Origin: Chlorokybus atmophyticus
Taxonomy: Eukaryota; Plantae; Mesostigma and Chlorokybus algae
Assembly (NCBI GenBank): GCA_009103225.1
Contig: RHPI01003156.1
Location: 1,225,750 to 1,289,749, forward strand
Direction of reading: 5' to 3'
Length of the DNA: 64,000 bases
The notes under the pieces: model-generated
Told to the model about the DNA's origin: nothing
Seen by the model: only the letters and a program-made list of their open reading frames with translations
The model's database searches: none
Program-made: the position numbers and the translations under genes
Shown: in pieces, positions 41,301-55,000 of the stretch
How positions within the stretch are numbered: the stretch's first letter is position 1
Layout: the number at the start of each line of letters is the position of its first letter

Positions 41301-43672
41301 CGAAGTAGCCGCTGTACTGTCAGCGAGCGAGGCAGCGGATAAAGATGACTCCGGCGTTGAAGCAAAAGACTTGTCGGAGGAGGAACAGGAGGAGGGGGTT
41401 TGAGGAGGAGTTTTGAGGTAGGCACCACGGGTTGACAAGCTGCGCATGAGTCCGATAGCTAGACTTAATGTTATAGGGTAGTTTCATGCGCAAGTCGGCT
41501 GCTCAGTTGCAAGTGGACATACTCTCACCACTGCCGGTACATCGTATATATTGTGGGCTTATAAGTGCAAGACCAAACAATCAGTCCAGGGTCTGTACAA
41601 GCTGCATGGCATGTTAGTGTTGGCTTACGACAAGAATTGCCAACTTTTGTCAAACGGCAAGGGTCACATATTAACAGCAGTGTAACGGCAAAGAAACTGC
41701 CGTTTATTGCTGTCAGCTGTCTGTAACTACCGGCTAACCGCCGTCTGTGCACATCAACTAAAGGGTAACTGGTTGACAACTCTCGGCCGGTTAATGCCAC
41801 TGACAACCACTTCTGGCCCGCGGCCGTCTGCGTCAGTCCACTCAAGCCAACGGTAAACCCAACAGTCCAAAAGTAACATTTCAGGCAGCGACAAGCAGGC
41901 TCAGGCAGGCTCAGGCACCAGTCAGTCCCTTAGTCCTTAGTCAGTCACCGTGTGAAATTTGCGACGACGTGTACCATCTCGCCTCAAACCACATCATCCT
42001 CCGTCGTCATCGTTGTGAGCAAGACCGCGTGTAAGCGTCCCTAGTCGGGTATCACCGTCACCGCTACCCTTCCGCGCTAGAGTATCTCCCACGCATGCGT
42101 TGCACAAGTGATTTTTAAACGCAACAATGAAAAGGCCGCTCAATTTGCGCAAGGGCAATGCTCGACTATGCGCAGTCTTGCGCCAAGCTTAATATGCCGT
42201 GTGATGGCCTCACCTTGCTCCCCAATAACCAAGCTGTGGCACAACACCTAACCACTGATCGCTTATGCAATAAAGATTGTGCCCACAGTTGTCCTACTTA
42301 CAATAGTATATGGACACAAATAGAATTGCAATATACACATGCACCACGGCTCCTTCTTGACTTTGACAAGTGAGCGTGTGCACTACATGCAGTGCGAGGT
42401 ATGACATACGTGTGCGCAATCATTATGTACAGATGTATGGGGATATTAGGCAAGTGCGGGTGCGGAATTATGTGCATGCCATGCACATAATCCCACGGTG
42501 TGCGCGTGCTCGTGCTTGCGTGCATGCATACACGTCTCTGTAAACCGTAGCAACAAAACCTTTGCGACCAAGGCGTCGGACAGACTACGTTACACAATTC
42601 CTATGGAACCACACAAGTACAATGTTGGTACGCATTAGGCCTACATCTGTTTGGCTAGAGCTATAAAATCAGTAATGGGGCACCTCCGGTGGACCTGCGC
42701 ACCAACCAAGTGATGGCCGTAACCTGAGTAATTCCTTTACTTACTCTCTTTGTCCATCCCCGTGACAATGTAAAAGGGAGCAGGAAACAACTTTTTCGCT
42801 CAGGGGGTTGTGAAAGCAAGAACTGTGGCTATCACTAAAATTGTTTGTTTTTATTTGTAAGGTACTTTTCGGAAGAATATCAAGTGCCACTGTTATTGGC
42901 TAGCACAATCGTGTCTTTCGGCAGAACGTCGACTGGAGCAGGGTAAGCGGTGTTCAGGATTTTGGAAGAGAGGCCATGACCAGTAGGGTTTTGCCGCCGT
43001 GAACGGAGGTGAATGTGTCAATGACTCTTCTAGCTTACTGCATTGTGTTTGTGCTTTTGTGCGTGCTTGTGTTTCATTGTCACGTGCACGCGGCTGCATG
43101 TCAAAGCGGCACTGACATGGATTTGTTGGGTCCAATCTATGTTACGTTGTGTCGCCCATGTTGTTGGACCTGCTGTTACACAAAACACCAACTCACTAAC
43201 AACAAAGTAGGGATGAGACATGCGCGTCATTACACTGCCTGCGGCAGCATGCGGTAGCCACAGCTTGTTTGTAAAGACTCGCCTTGTGCACAAAAAACTT
43301 GCACAACTTGTGTACAGCGTGCTTCCTCAGTGCAAAACTTTCAGGTTCAACCTGATAAGTTATTGCTGTCTGTAAAGCAAGCAGTAAGCTATAACACAAC
43401 ACAACATGCTACAACCGTTGCTTGCCTAACAACATACAACAAAACCGTGCACAATGCAACTACCAAGCCACGCAGACAGTGCACTTAACAATTGCGCCTG
43501 CAACCGACGCAACTCTATCCACCATAAACACGCATGCATGCGTAAAGCTACTTGGCTTTAAGCACACGTCCATCACACTAGACCAGACGCAAACATCATA
43601 CCAAGACGGGGCCCCACCAGCCGGGGCACATCAGACGATCTATACTCACCTTACAATGCGCCGCTCACGACC

Positions 43673-43834
43673 ATCGTACTACCTGGCACTTGTGTCAGGT
43701 AGTACGATACCTTACAGTGGCTCAATACGCTTACAAGCGTATTGAGCCATTGTAAGGTAACATCGTGCTTGTAGCATGATATGGGGAAACTGTACCAGTG
43801 TTGATGGGCATCAACCTCAATGATGCCATCAACA
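43673..43834. other. Cluster of three near-perfect hairpins
   Basis: 17-bp stem with 2-nt loop (43673-43708), directly abutting a 24-bp stem with 2-nt loop (43709-43758), then a 14-bp stem with 7-nt loop (43799-43834). Confidence 0.85.
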
Positions 43835-46168
43835 TCATCTAGTCGACGTAGCAAATGATGGTTCCGCGCTGGGAAATGAGAGCGAAAACAGTTTGTGGCG
43901 GCATATTACTGATCAATGGCTCAGCCTGTTTTGATGCCTTCTCACGTTGTTTCCATCAAGCAGGCTTAGCTGTGGACACGCATGGAGGCATGCATGGACA
44001 CAGCCGAGCATGCCATCGACCCTCAGGTCGGGAAGGCACCAGACACAGTGTTCACTTAAGCAATGCATAGCAATAGCTCAATCATACGATTTGAGTCACA
44101 GCAAACTCGCTGTTCAGCTTAGTAGCTGCGAGGCTAACACGAGCGAGTCAAGTCAAATTACCAGATTCTTTTCTTTCTCTATTAGAACGAAGACTTGATG
44201 TAGTACTGCTTCGACTTACATATTGTTCAACATTATCGGAGGCAAGGCAATTAATTAGTCATAGAAAGATTCGCACTCCTTCCTTTAACATGGATATATT
44301 AAACATGGACATGTTTAAGCGAAACATTCGTCAAGAAAATGCATATGGAAGATAAATGTAAGGTATCTTGATATCGGTTCATATTGATCAATCGTATATA
44401 TGATTTTTGTCTACACATTATGATGCGAGAATGGTGTCACCGGGATTCCCCAAACATCGCTTGTATGTTTGCTATGTATAGGAGATCAGTCAGTAGTTAT
44501 GAATATATTTGTTACATGATGTATGCATGCACATGATAAAAGTGAGGATAGCTTGTATTTTACAATCAATTTTGGTATATGCTAGGCACAAGTTACACAA
44601 TGTTAAAATGGTGACCATGCAGCATATGCGCTCGCATCAATGCACGAGAATTTTAAGCTTGCTATAATGCTTATATTGTGTATTGAACAGATGTGCAAGT
44701 TTTACATAAAATCTTATTTATGCCTCTAGACGTGCATGCGTGAATACGTTTTAATTGACATAACGTAATGATTTGAATGTGGTCATGTAGTACTTTATGC
44801 AACATGGTATGGTTGGGTCGCTGCATGCTAGCTGTCTGCTGCGTCACGCCCTTCCGCCTCACTTACACTCGCTTGGATACAGCACGTCGTCTTAGCTTGT
44901 CCATGCTGCAATAGAATTGTTGATAAATGGTGCTTGTACAATTGTTGTGTACATGCAGCGTTGCATGTGGGGTACAGTTAAGCCCGAACAAATGTTTGCA
45001 CAATCAGGTATGATCAAGGGCATCATTAAAAAGATATTGACAACCGTACTTTAATTGCTTGCTATAGCTTGTTCATTGCTTACCAGCATTGCACAAGAAA
45101 GTTTTCTGCTCAAGCATGTCGCAACTCAACCATGCACATACCGTAATTGTGTGAATCTAACCCCCTCGATTACAACACCCCCCCACTTGACATAATAGGG
45201 GGGGGGGGGGGGGTACGAAGGCTAGGGCACNGATTTAGGCACGACCGACCGAGTAAAGAACAAGCAAATTGCCACCAATAAGGTTCTTGCAAAATAAAAC
45301 AATAGATATAGATGCGTAACAGCATATGAAATGAACAAAATCACGACAAATATCTTGGTTTAGATCTACAAAACACACACAATCATGCATGTACTTTTGT
45401 GCATGATCACAAGCATCGACCAACACGAAGCATTGCACCATTAATGGGATGTAATGTGTTAAATAACATGCATATGAAAGGGTGTATGGGACAATATTGT
45501 GACGCTGAATTACGCATTGCAACGTGACCATGCGCAATATTGCACGACTGCGAAAAGTTCGTTTCCTATGTGCGCCATGTATACAGAACAAAAAAAAAAA
45601 CGTTCGTTTTGCCATAATTTCCTTTTTCAACCTTCAACATGAGAACGAACTAAAAAACTTTCTTTGTTCCCAAATATAATTGTTGTGCCCCAGCCCTGAT
45701 TTTACCCCCGTTTAACAGGAAAAATGCAGCCCAAGTACAACACCCTCCATTGCCCCGTGTGTGTGTGTGTGGGGGGGGGGGGGCNNNNNNNNNNNNNNNN
45801 NNNNNNNNNNNNNNNNNNNNNNNNNNNNNNNNNNNNNNNNNNNNNNNNNNNNNNNNNNNNNNNNNNNNNNNNNNNNNNNNNNNNNNNNNNNGGGGCGCTT
45901 TGTTTGTGAAGGGGGGTTGTATCGCACAAATGAAGTAGCCATACAATACCAGAGTCTGGTAATGTCATGGCTTAGCAGTGCGCAGCCAGGACACTCAGTG
46001 TTTTGCTAAGTTAGCATAGCCCTGAAATGTAACATTTGCAACACAACTTATGTTGCCTGCAGCAGGACATATGCCTACATCCTGGCCAGGCCGTATGCTT
46101 GTTTCAAAGAAGGCGTTGCTGAGCAGGCTGCTGCCGTCACAGTGTTCAGTCTTGGCAATGTCCCAGCA

Positions 46169-48619
46169 ATGCCCAGCAATGGCGCTCTCACTGCCGCTGG
46201 CGGCGCAGGCGGCGGGCCGTCCAGGCCTTTGGAGCGCAAGCTTTCGGGAGGTGGGCTGCCGAGGACTCCCAGGACTCCAAGGACACTTCGGACACCAAGG
46301 ACACCCAGGGGGACGCCGACTAGGGGGCCTTTCTCGCCGTCGCAGAGGGCAGGAGGGTTGAGGGACTTCTCCTCTGCCTCCTCATCCCGCTCGCTTGCGC
46401 CATGGTCCCTGCTAGCCCTTGCCCTGCTGCTCGCTCTCCTCACCGCCGCCGCCGCCGCCCGCAAGTATGCTCTTCCGGGGCTCACCCTTGCCCGTGTCAG
46501 GGAGCTGCGGCTGCACCCGCAGGCGGACAGCGCCGCCGCCGCCGCAAGCTTCAACCGTGCAAGCAGCTTGAGGGCATTGCAGGCGGAGGCAAGCAGCAGC
46601 AGCAACAGTAATGACAATGCAAGCAAGAGCGCTGCTGACGAAAGCAAGGTCAGGCAGAGGTTGCATACACACTGGGCACACACTGCATGCTGTAGTCTAC
46701 AACTGTCACTTCAGCAGGTTGTAATCAGTTCTGGTCAAGCACTTATCTGAACACCACTGGTCCGGTATTGCGTGGTCACAAGGGTGGTCACAGTTGGTTC
46801 TGGTGATAATGGTGGCGAGCTAGCAAAGCTGCGTACTGCGTTGAAGTGTGTTGCTCTTGACACGCTTAAACGTTCAGCCGTTGTGATGAAGGCAGCTGTG
46901 ACAATGTATATCTCTAAATCTGATCAAATTGAGACTTGTCGTTGCTGCCAGCATGTTGCAGCTTGTGTTGTTGAGCTGTGCAGCAGACAATGTTCACAAA
47001 GCCTCAGGTCATGTGCTAGCATTTGCTTTGCAAAATTGCCCACATCTTGTCCATGCTCTGTCACATGCATGTGTAACATATGCGTGCATGTAGCATACGA
47101 GCTGCAGTGCATCACATGCAACTCTGCAAGCAAGTCGACAGCTTGCATAAATAACCCAGCAAATGAGACAGCAATATGGCTTGCAGTTGCCGCTGTCCTC
47201 ACCTTCCGCGCCAACTGGCGACAGCCTTGCAGCACAATTGCGACAGCAGCAGCAGGGCCAGAGGCTGACGTTCCAGCTCATTGTGCTGACATGCGACCGA
47301 CCCGCCAGCCTGGGCCGTCTGCTCAGCTCGCTCGCCTCCGCCCACTACGACGGGGACATCGTGCACCTTAAAATCATGGTGGACTACTGCAAGGTGGGGT
47401 GTTTGTTGCACATCAATGTGTCAAGTATGTCATTGTTGGCAGAATGTAAGCCTAGGCTTCAGCAAGGAAACCCGCACACAAGCACACATACGCACAAGCA
47501 CACGCAGACAAATACACGTGCACACGCTAACAGAACAGGGAGGCAGGAGAGCAGTGCCTTCTGCTGGCGCGAGCGCTAGCCTGGCCTCATGGCCACAAGA
47601 GCGTACATGCCCGACTCGCCAATGGTGGGCTTCGCACTGCCTGGCTGGACGCCTGGCTGCCGGGCAAGGGTGAAGATGGTCGGGCGGCTGCTATTATTCT
47701 TGAAGACGACATGGATGTCAGGTGGGGTAGCCAAGATGCATCAACATAGTTTTCGACGAGTCTCCAGAAGTTGTGTCTGCGGCAGGAGTTTAAATAACAC
47801 AAAGCTGTTGTTGGCAGTGATCTGTACTACAAGTTTGCAAAGAAGGTGCTTGGCGAGTACTACCTGCACCAGTTCGACCCAAAGATGGTCGGGTTCTGCC
47901 TGATGCCCTCGTTCGTTCCGAACATGAAGCCTCACAGGTGCGAACATAGTTCACTGGACCTGTATCATGCAGCAGGTGCAGCTGTGCGTGTCAAGGGTTA
48001 TTATACGGGTCGTCATGAACTGCTGTGCTTGTACGTGTATCTTGCAGGGCATTCACCATGCTTACTAACTCGCTCTCGCATGCACAGGTTTTTCAGGTCG
48101 AACAGCACTTGCAGCTGGGCACCTGTTATGCTGCCGGAGGCATGGCGGGAGTTTGTACTGTGGGTTGATGAGCGTCTTGACGACCCAAACTACAAGCCTC
48201 TGCTTCCTGAGGATGCAAAACTCACCTTCACCTCACCACAGGAGGTGTCACATGATGTTGTTGGCTGCTACTTATAACCAATGTTGGTCAAGTGTTGATT
48301 GCTTCGCTGCTGGCTGCCTCGCACACTGACTTCATTCTGACTTGGTTTGTACTGGTGAACTTGCATTCAGGTGAATTTATGGGTGCGCAATGATCGCGAT
48401 GTTTGGTCGCCACTCTTTTACGCATATATTCTCTCCCACAACCGCTACACTGTTAATTATGGCCACAAAGGGGCATTCGCCGTCAACCACTTGGAGAAGG
48501 GCTCCAACTACGGTTTCAAACGCAACCCTGACATGCCGTTGGGCGACCCGATAGAGATGCAGTTCATGATGGGTATTGCTGAGTCGCTGCCAGCTTTGCA
48601 ATCACTTGACTGGTGCTGA
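46169..48619 (+). CDS. Type II membrane GT-A fold glycosyltransferase of an uncharacterised plant/algal family (At5g12260-like); 3' end uncertain
   Basis: Exons 46169-46648, 47187-47393, 47534-47721, 47818-47937, 48088-48244 and 48371-~48619. TM segment LLALALLLALL, then LIVLTCDRPASLGRLLSSL, WPHGHK...NGGLRTAWLDAW, DxD-like LEDDMDVS.LYYKF and PEAWREFVLW. Confidence 0.82.
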
Positions 48620-51079
48620 TCCTGAGGTGTTGGTGGCGAAGGCAATTAACTGCGTTGCAGTAGGTCAGTCTTATCCCGAGTTGGTGATGGACCATCCAGT
48701 CAACGTTACCTGTACATACAAGTACATAGCAATCATTGCGCATGTATAATAGGTCTGAGAGTAACAACTGTGTTGCAATCCATGACAGGTTAGTTACAAT
48801 AAGAACGTGATATGGGGGGATATCAATACACGGGCAATACAATTGCATTCGCTCATAGTGTCCCGGTTTTGCCTTGAGTCTTTGTATTGCAATGAGAGGG
48901 TTACGCCGTTATCAACAAGTGAGGCCGCTACAATTGATGCCAACAATGCACAAAATCTAAATTATGCATGCTAGCATGCATAATTGAGATGTTGTGCTAT
49001 GCTTTGGCATTGTTGTATAGGCTTGTTGGTTGGCTAGCACTATGGCTTTAACACTAGGACCTTGTGCACGTGCATGTGTGGAAAAGTCCTTCCGAAAGCA
49101 CCTTAAACATGTATAAGTGTCACTGCATATGACTTGTGAGTAAGCTTATTCGTATTGCTCAAAAGGAACATAAAGTACCAAATATAACATTGTAAGTCAT
49201 AAACTGTATTGCCACTTATTAACAATCAACAAAACACATTCATACATTGCATTACAAAGCTTCAGCGCCAGCCTGTTGTCGACAATGGTACACAGATTGT
49301 CGACAACATTTCCATGATGCATGGGATTGTCACGTGCTACTCAATTGCGCAAGGTCCCGTTCAATAATTATAAAACTTATCAGCTTTGCGCTGAGATATT
49401 ATGGAAAAAATGGTGTATTAAGCGTGCTTCCTTAAGGACAAGCGTATAACAAGTTTATATATACCTTGCATTTGATGCAATGAGAAACTCATTATAGGCA
49501 TTTCTTGAAAAAGTTATTTCAACATCATTAAGATATGGTACTTATGAAAATGTTTATGCATTATAAAACATGTTGCTTAATACTCCGTAAGAATATGAGT
49601 TCTTAACTAGCTTTATAATAGTTTGAACAAGAATACAATCGCAGTCTAAGGAATGATCTACACGTAAAGCGTGCTTGCGCATATATGTAAGGTTGCATAT
49701 TATCATACCTTATAAATTTTCATGAATCAGATAACATATATATAGTTACAATTACAATACATAAACTCTATCTTATGTAATGTAGCTGGACTTGAGATAG
49801 TGAACAAACGTTGTAATGTTATTTTGCATGCAATGTTGAATAGCAAATAGCGAAGAGAAAAAGTATATGATGAAATTGAATAAATGCCAGATACTGTAGA
49901 TTTTACTCTTACCGTGTTATATCGACCACCTGTAACAATCATTAACCGGTTGCCCAACTTCACCATACCTTATTTAAAGCTTATGTGTCCCTTTTATTAC
50001 ATGTTATTGTACCTTTTGAATCTCATCCGTCCATGACACAAGCCTGTGCTTGTGCACCTACGTGTGCATGCGTATTCATTGTTTAATATACGCCAGTATA
50101 TATATACCACGTAAAATTTAGCATCAACATTGGCCATGTTTATTTCACTATCATAAGTTTAAATCAATTTATATGAATGCGGCGAAACAGCAAGCAATCA
50201 TACAATTAGGATGTGTGCCACGAATGCCGAGCATCATGACGTGTGTGAACTTATACAGTTAATTTGATTTCATATGCCCGCGACCTTACTAAAATAAAAC
50301 GGCCTGACTTTTAATGCCTCGATACCATAATCAATGCATGTTTACAAAAACATGTATTCCACGATTAATTTGCGCATACGTTATCGTAGCTTTTTAATAG
50401 TAAATGCAAGATGCAATATTACAAGCGAGCATAATTCAAAAAAAAATAGAAATTTGTTCACGTTGCTGTCACATGATCAGATCATTATTGTTTACTTCTG
50501 TCTCAAGACATGTGAACCCAGTTGGTTGATGCCTGGTAGATCTCAAAGTATTTAATACATAGATGGTTGTGTTCATGAGCAGCTGGTTCATGAGCACATG
50601 GCAGCCCTCACATGCACAAAAGAAAGGGCATCGCTTCCTGCGCGGCGTGACCGTCACGCCACGCAGGAAGCGACGGACCAAGTCTGTCAGCATAAACCTC
50701 AAAAGGCGCATTTTTCGCGGCAGCTGTGGCCACAGTCTGTACGCTGCGGCGGCAATCTGGTACGCAAGATTAACTACTGCTTCGGAACCAACCGTCCCAG
50801 AGCCGTCCAGCCGCTCGCTTCACGTAGTTTGCTTGATCCAAACCGCAATTCCTCTAAACCACTTTCTCAATTTGTCCATCATTGCTGAAGTCAGCATTCG
50901 CGCTTGTCTATGGAACCGAAAGCACTGCGTTCAACGCAGCATTTGGCTCTTTGTTTTTTGCCATGTGGTCTTGCATGCCTTTTGCTTTAATGGTAATCCC
51001 TGTTGGTGTGCCCACAACTCGCCCGCTTCCTCACTGACCTGATTTGTTGTTTGGCTGACCCCGACTGTACCTCCCATAT

Positions 51080-51091
51080 GGCCACGTGGCC
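51080..51091. promoter_or_regulatory. Extended G-box palindrome GGCCACGTGGCC about 1 kb upstream of the phytochrome ATG
   Basis: A perfect 12-bp palindrome with a CACGTG core. Single occurrence; function untested. Confidence 0.35.
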
Positions 51092-52056
51092 TGCTCTGCT
51101 CTGCAACTCATCAATCATTGTCTATATGGCAAGACGCTTTTGGTCGCAAGCAGACATTCAAAGGTCCCCTAGTGAACAAAGGCTCCCAACTGAAGCCCTT
51201 TTTGCACACTGCATGTACAGGGCAGGCCCTACCCGGTAGGGTACAGCATTGGCTGCACGGGACACTTTATCAATGCAGTAAGGCGTGGCGATGATTGTTG
51301 CTGACAGAAGCTGAAAAGCGCTCAGCGCTGGTCTTCCCTTTTTGGCGTTCGATCGATCGAGCGCTCCGCGGCCTAAGCCTGTCAGCAGCTGCAGCGCGCC
51401 AGACGGCCGGTTCGCAACGGGCGTCGCATCGTCCCTACGCTGACAGACCGCGACATCCGCGGTCAGCGGCGACTTTTGGCGTGAAGGATTCATTCAATGT
51501 AACGGCGGATGTAGCTGGAGTTCGCAAGCCGTTACGAACCGCGAAGGCATAGCGGCAGAATCTCACTGACGCACAGTGCCAGTTTGTGACAGGCGGAGGG
51601 GGATATTAATGCACCATCTCGCGATAACTCGTTTGTTGTACCCGTCGGCTCTGACCCCTGAGAGCGTCGGCGCAGTGTTCGGAAGATGCAAGCGTCGGCG
51701 TTGTGCTTTGAACAACTCCTTATAAAGGCAGCTGCTTGCTTCATGGCTGACATCCTGAGTGGGTTGAGTGTCGGGCGACAGTGGTGTGGCCTTTGTCAGC
51801 GTTGTAGCTGCCGGCAGCGTAGCCGGCTTGGTTGCTCTTGTCCCTGGTCTTGGCGACCCGCATGCGAAGCGATTGCCTGGTGAGTTGCGCTAGTGGACGG
51901 ACGTGCCTTCTGAGCTGCTTGAGCTGCTTGCTTGCGTGATTGCTTGTGTGTTTGGAGGTTGCAGTCAGTTGGGGTGTATCAACGCAGTGAGGCTTACGCT
52001 GTAGTTGCTTGTGTGGCTGGTTTCAGACGGCTGTGTCATAAACAAGTGAAGTGAAG

Positions 52057-55000
52057 ATGTCGTCCGGCTCCAGCGCCCCGCTGAACAGCCGGCAGGTGCA
52101 GGCGAATGCCGACGCCCAGCTCAATGCCGCCTATGAGGCGGCGGTGGCCGCCCGCGCCGCCTTCGACTACAGCTCCTCTGTGCTGGACGCCTCCAAGGGC
52201 TCCTCCTCAGACTCCATGCAAGTCAGCGATCCCGTGTCATACACCCACCGTATCCAGCGCCCCGGCTCGATCCAGCCTCATGGCGCTACCATCGTCGTCA
52301 AAGAGTCCGATTTCATGGTTAGAAATCTCCGCTTGATACTCGTTTGTTTGTATCCTTGCCAGCGGTTGTGCCTGTTTTGTGTTTCACGCATCCCTGGTGC
52401 TGCCTTCTTTTGCTTATGTATAGCTGCATCCACACTTGCTTGTATTGCTTGACGTGAATGTTGCAAGTACGCATTGCAAGTCACAATTCTTAGTATGGTA
52501 TGCTTGCTGACATAGTATACACATGCGTGCAGTTGTTGTCCATGAGCGCCAACCTGTTCGAGCTGCTGGATGCTCCTGGCAACTCGCCCTCACAGATGGC
52601 AGGCATTGGCATGGATGCCCGCCAGCTGTTCACTGCCAGCTCCGCTACTCACCTGGAGAAGGCCATCCAGTGCAAGGACCTTGGCATCGTCAACCCCATT
52701 GCTGTCTTCTCGGCGGCCTCTGGCAAGCCGCACTTTGCCATCTTGCATCGTGTGGATGTTGGCCTGGTCATCGATCTGGAGCCCGTGCATGCTTCGGCTA
52801 CCAGCCCATCCCAGGCCGGTGCCCTGGCCTCCCACAAGCTGGCCAGCGATGCCATCAGCCGCCTCCAGGCGCTCCCTGGTGGAGATGTCAGAGCACTCTG
52901 CGATTCGGTTGTGGAGGAAGTGCGCTCCTTGACTGGCTACGACAGGGTGATGATTTACAAGTTTCACGATGATGAGCATGGTGAGGTCGTGGCTGAGTCT
53001 GTTCGCTCCGACCTTGAGCCCTTCTTCGGGCTGCACTATCCTGCGACTGATACCCCGCAGGCGGCTCGGGCATTGTTCGTGAAGAACCGTGTGCGCATGA
53101 TCGCCGATTGTGATGTGCCCAACGTGCCCATGTTGCAAGATCAGGGATTGAAGCAGGCCGTCAACCTGTCCAAGTCCACCCTGCGTGGTGTTCTCCAGTG
53201 CCACAAGGATTACATGCACAACATGGGCTCGCGGGCTTCTCTGGTCATGGCTGTTGTGGTCAATGAGAGCACCAAGGCCAGCACCGAGTCTCGCGAGCGC
53301 AAGCTGTGGGGTCTTTGCGTGTGCCATCACGTTACCCCTCGTGTCGTCCTCTACCCGCTGCGCTCTGCCTGCGCCTTCTTGATGCAGGTATGCAACTTGT
53401 AATGCATGCAGATTGCTTTCGACTACTCTCGTGATCAGGTCCTCATGTTGTTCTGCCTGCAGGTGTTTGGCCTTCAGCTCAACGCTGAAATGGACAAGGC
53501 TGCCCAGCAGCAGGAGAAGGAGATGCTGCGCACGCAGACTCTTCTCTGTGACATGCTCCAGCGTGACGCGCCTATCGGCATTGTCACTCAGAGCCCATCC
53601 ATCATGGATCTCCTCAAGTGCGATGGTGCTGGTCTGTGGTATGGTGGTCGGTACTGGCCCGTGGGTGTGGCTCCCAACGAAGATCAGGTTCGCCGCGTCG
53701 TGAGCTGGATGATGGACGCCCACAGCGACAGCACTGGTCTCTCCACCGACTGTCTCGCTGATGCCGGCTGCCCCGTTGCTGGCGAGCTGGAGAAGACTGT
53801 GTGCGGCCTGGCTGCATGCCGCATCACAGACAAAGATTATCTTCTGTGGTTCCGTGGCCCGACTGAGAAGACTGTCAACTGGGCTGGCGCTGCTCACAGC
53901 ACCAACATTGACGACCCTACCAAGATGAACCCACGCAAGTCGTTCGCCACATTCCTGGAGGTGGTTCGAGGCAAGAGTCTGCCTTGGGAAGACCGCGAGC
54001 TGGACGCCATCCACTCTCTCCAGCTCATTCTTCGTGGCTCCTTCCAGGACATTGAGGACGCCGACACCAAGACCATGCTGCACATGCGCCTGCAGCAGCT
54101 GCGGTTGCGCAACATGGGAGAGCTCAGCACGGTGGCCAACGAGATGGTCCGCCTCATGGAGACTGCCGGCACCCCCATCTTCGCAGTCACTGCCTCGGGC
54201 GTGGTCAGCGCATGGAACGCCAAGGTTGCCGAGCTTACAGGCGTGTCCTTCGCCGACGCCATGGGTCGCCACCTTCTCACGGAACTCGTTGCCGAGGAGT
54301 CTCAGGGCGACGTAGAGCGCCTGCTGTCCCGCGCCATGCAGGGCATGGAGGAGGACAATGTGGAGATTGCGCTACGCACTCGTCGCGAGGGTGCCACCAG
54401 CGATCGTGTCATCATGGTGGTCAACACCTGCGCCAGCCGGGACGTCAACGAGCAGATTGTGGGCGTTTGCTGCGTGGGCCAGGACATCACCCAGCACAAG
54501 CAGGTGCTGGACAAGTACACCAGGTGCGAGGGCGATTACAGCATGATCGTCCACAGCCCCAACCCGCTCATCCCGCCCATTTTTGGCACTGACGAATTCG
54601 GCCGCGTCACTGAGTTCAACCCCAACATGTGTACGTTGAGCGGTCTGACCAAGGACATCGCACTCGGCAAGATGCTGGTGGGCGAAGTGTTTGGCATGGA
54701 GGCGGCGTTGCTAAGGCTTCAGGATGAGGAGGTGCGCGTCAACTTTGAGATTGTGCTCAACCGCGCCATTGATGGCCACGAGTCCATCAACCAGCCCTTC
54801 GCCTTCTATGCGCGCGACAGCTCACTGCAACGAGTTCGCCTCAACGTGAGCCCGCGCCGCGACAGCCAGGGCGCCATCACCGGCGTGTTCTGCTTCATGC
54901 AGCATGTGAGCGCCGAGCTCGAGTCTGTCCTCCGCCTGCAGATGGCTGCCCAGGAGGCCTCTGAGGCCCGAGGCAAGGAGCTGGCGTACCTCCGCAAGGA

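Noticed and set aside
40830-41400. His/Cys-rich short ORFs (HMH, HAH) as a HUH endonuclease or zinc finger of a Replitron/MULE
   Set aside because: H, C and M are over-produced by TG/CA-rich decayed DNA. There is no ordered motif set and the frames are broken.
52590-54272. 560-aa antisense ORF and other long minus-strand ORFs over the phytochrome
   Set aside because: Shadow ORFs caused by GC-rich codon bias on the sense strand.
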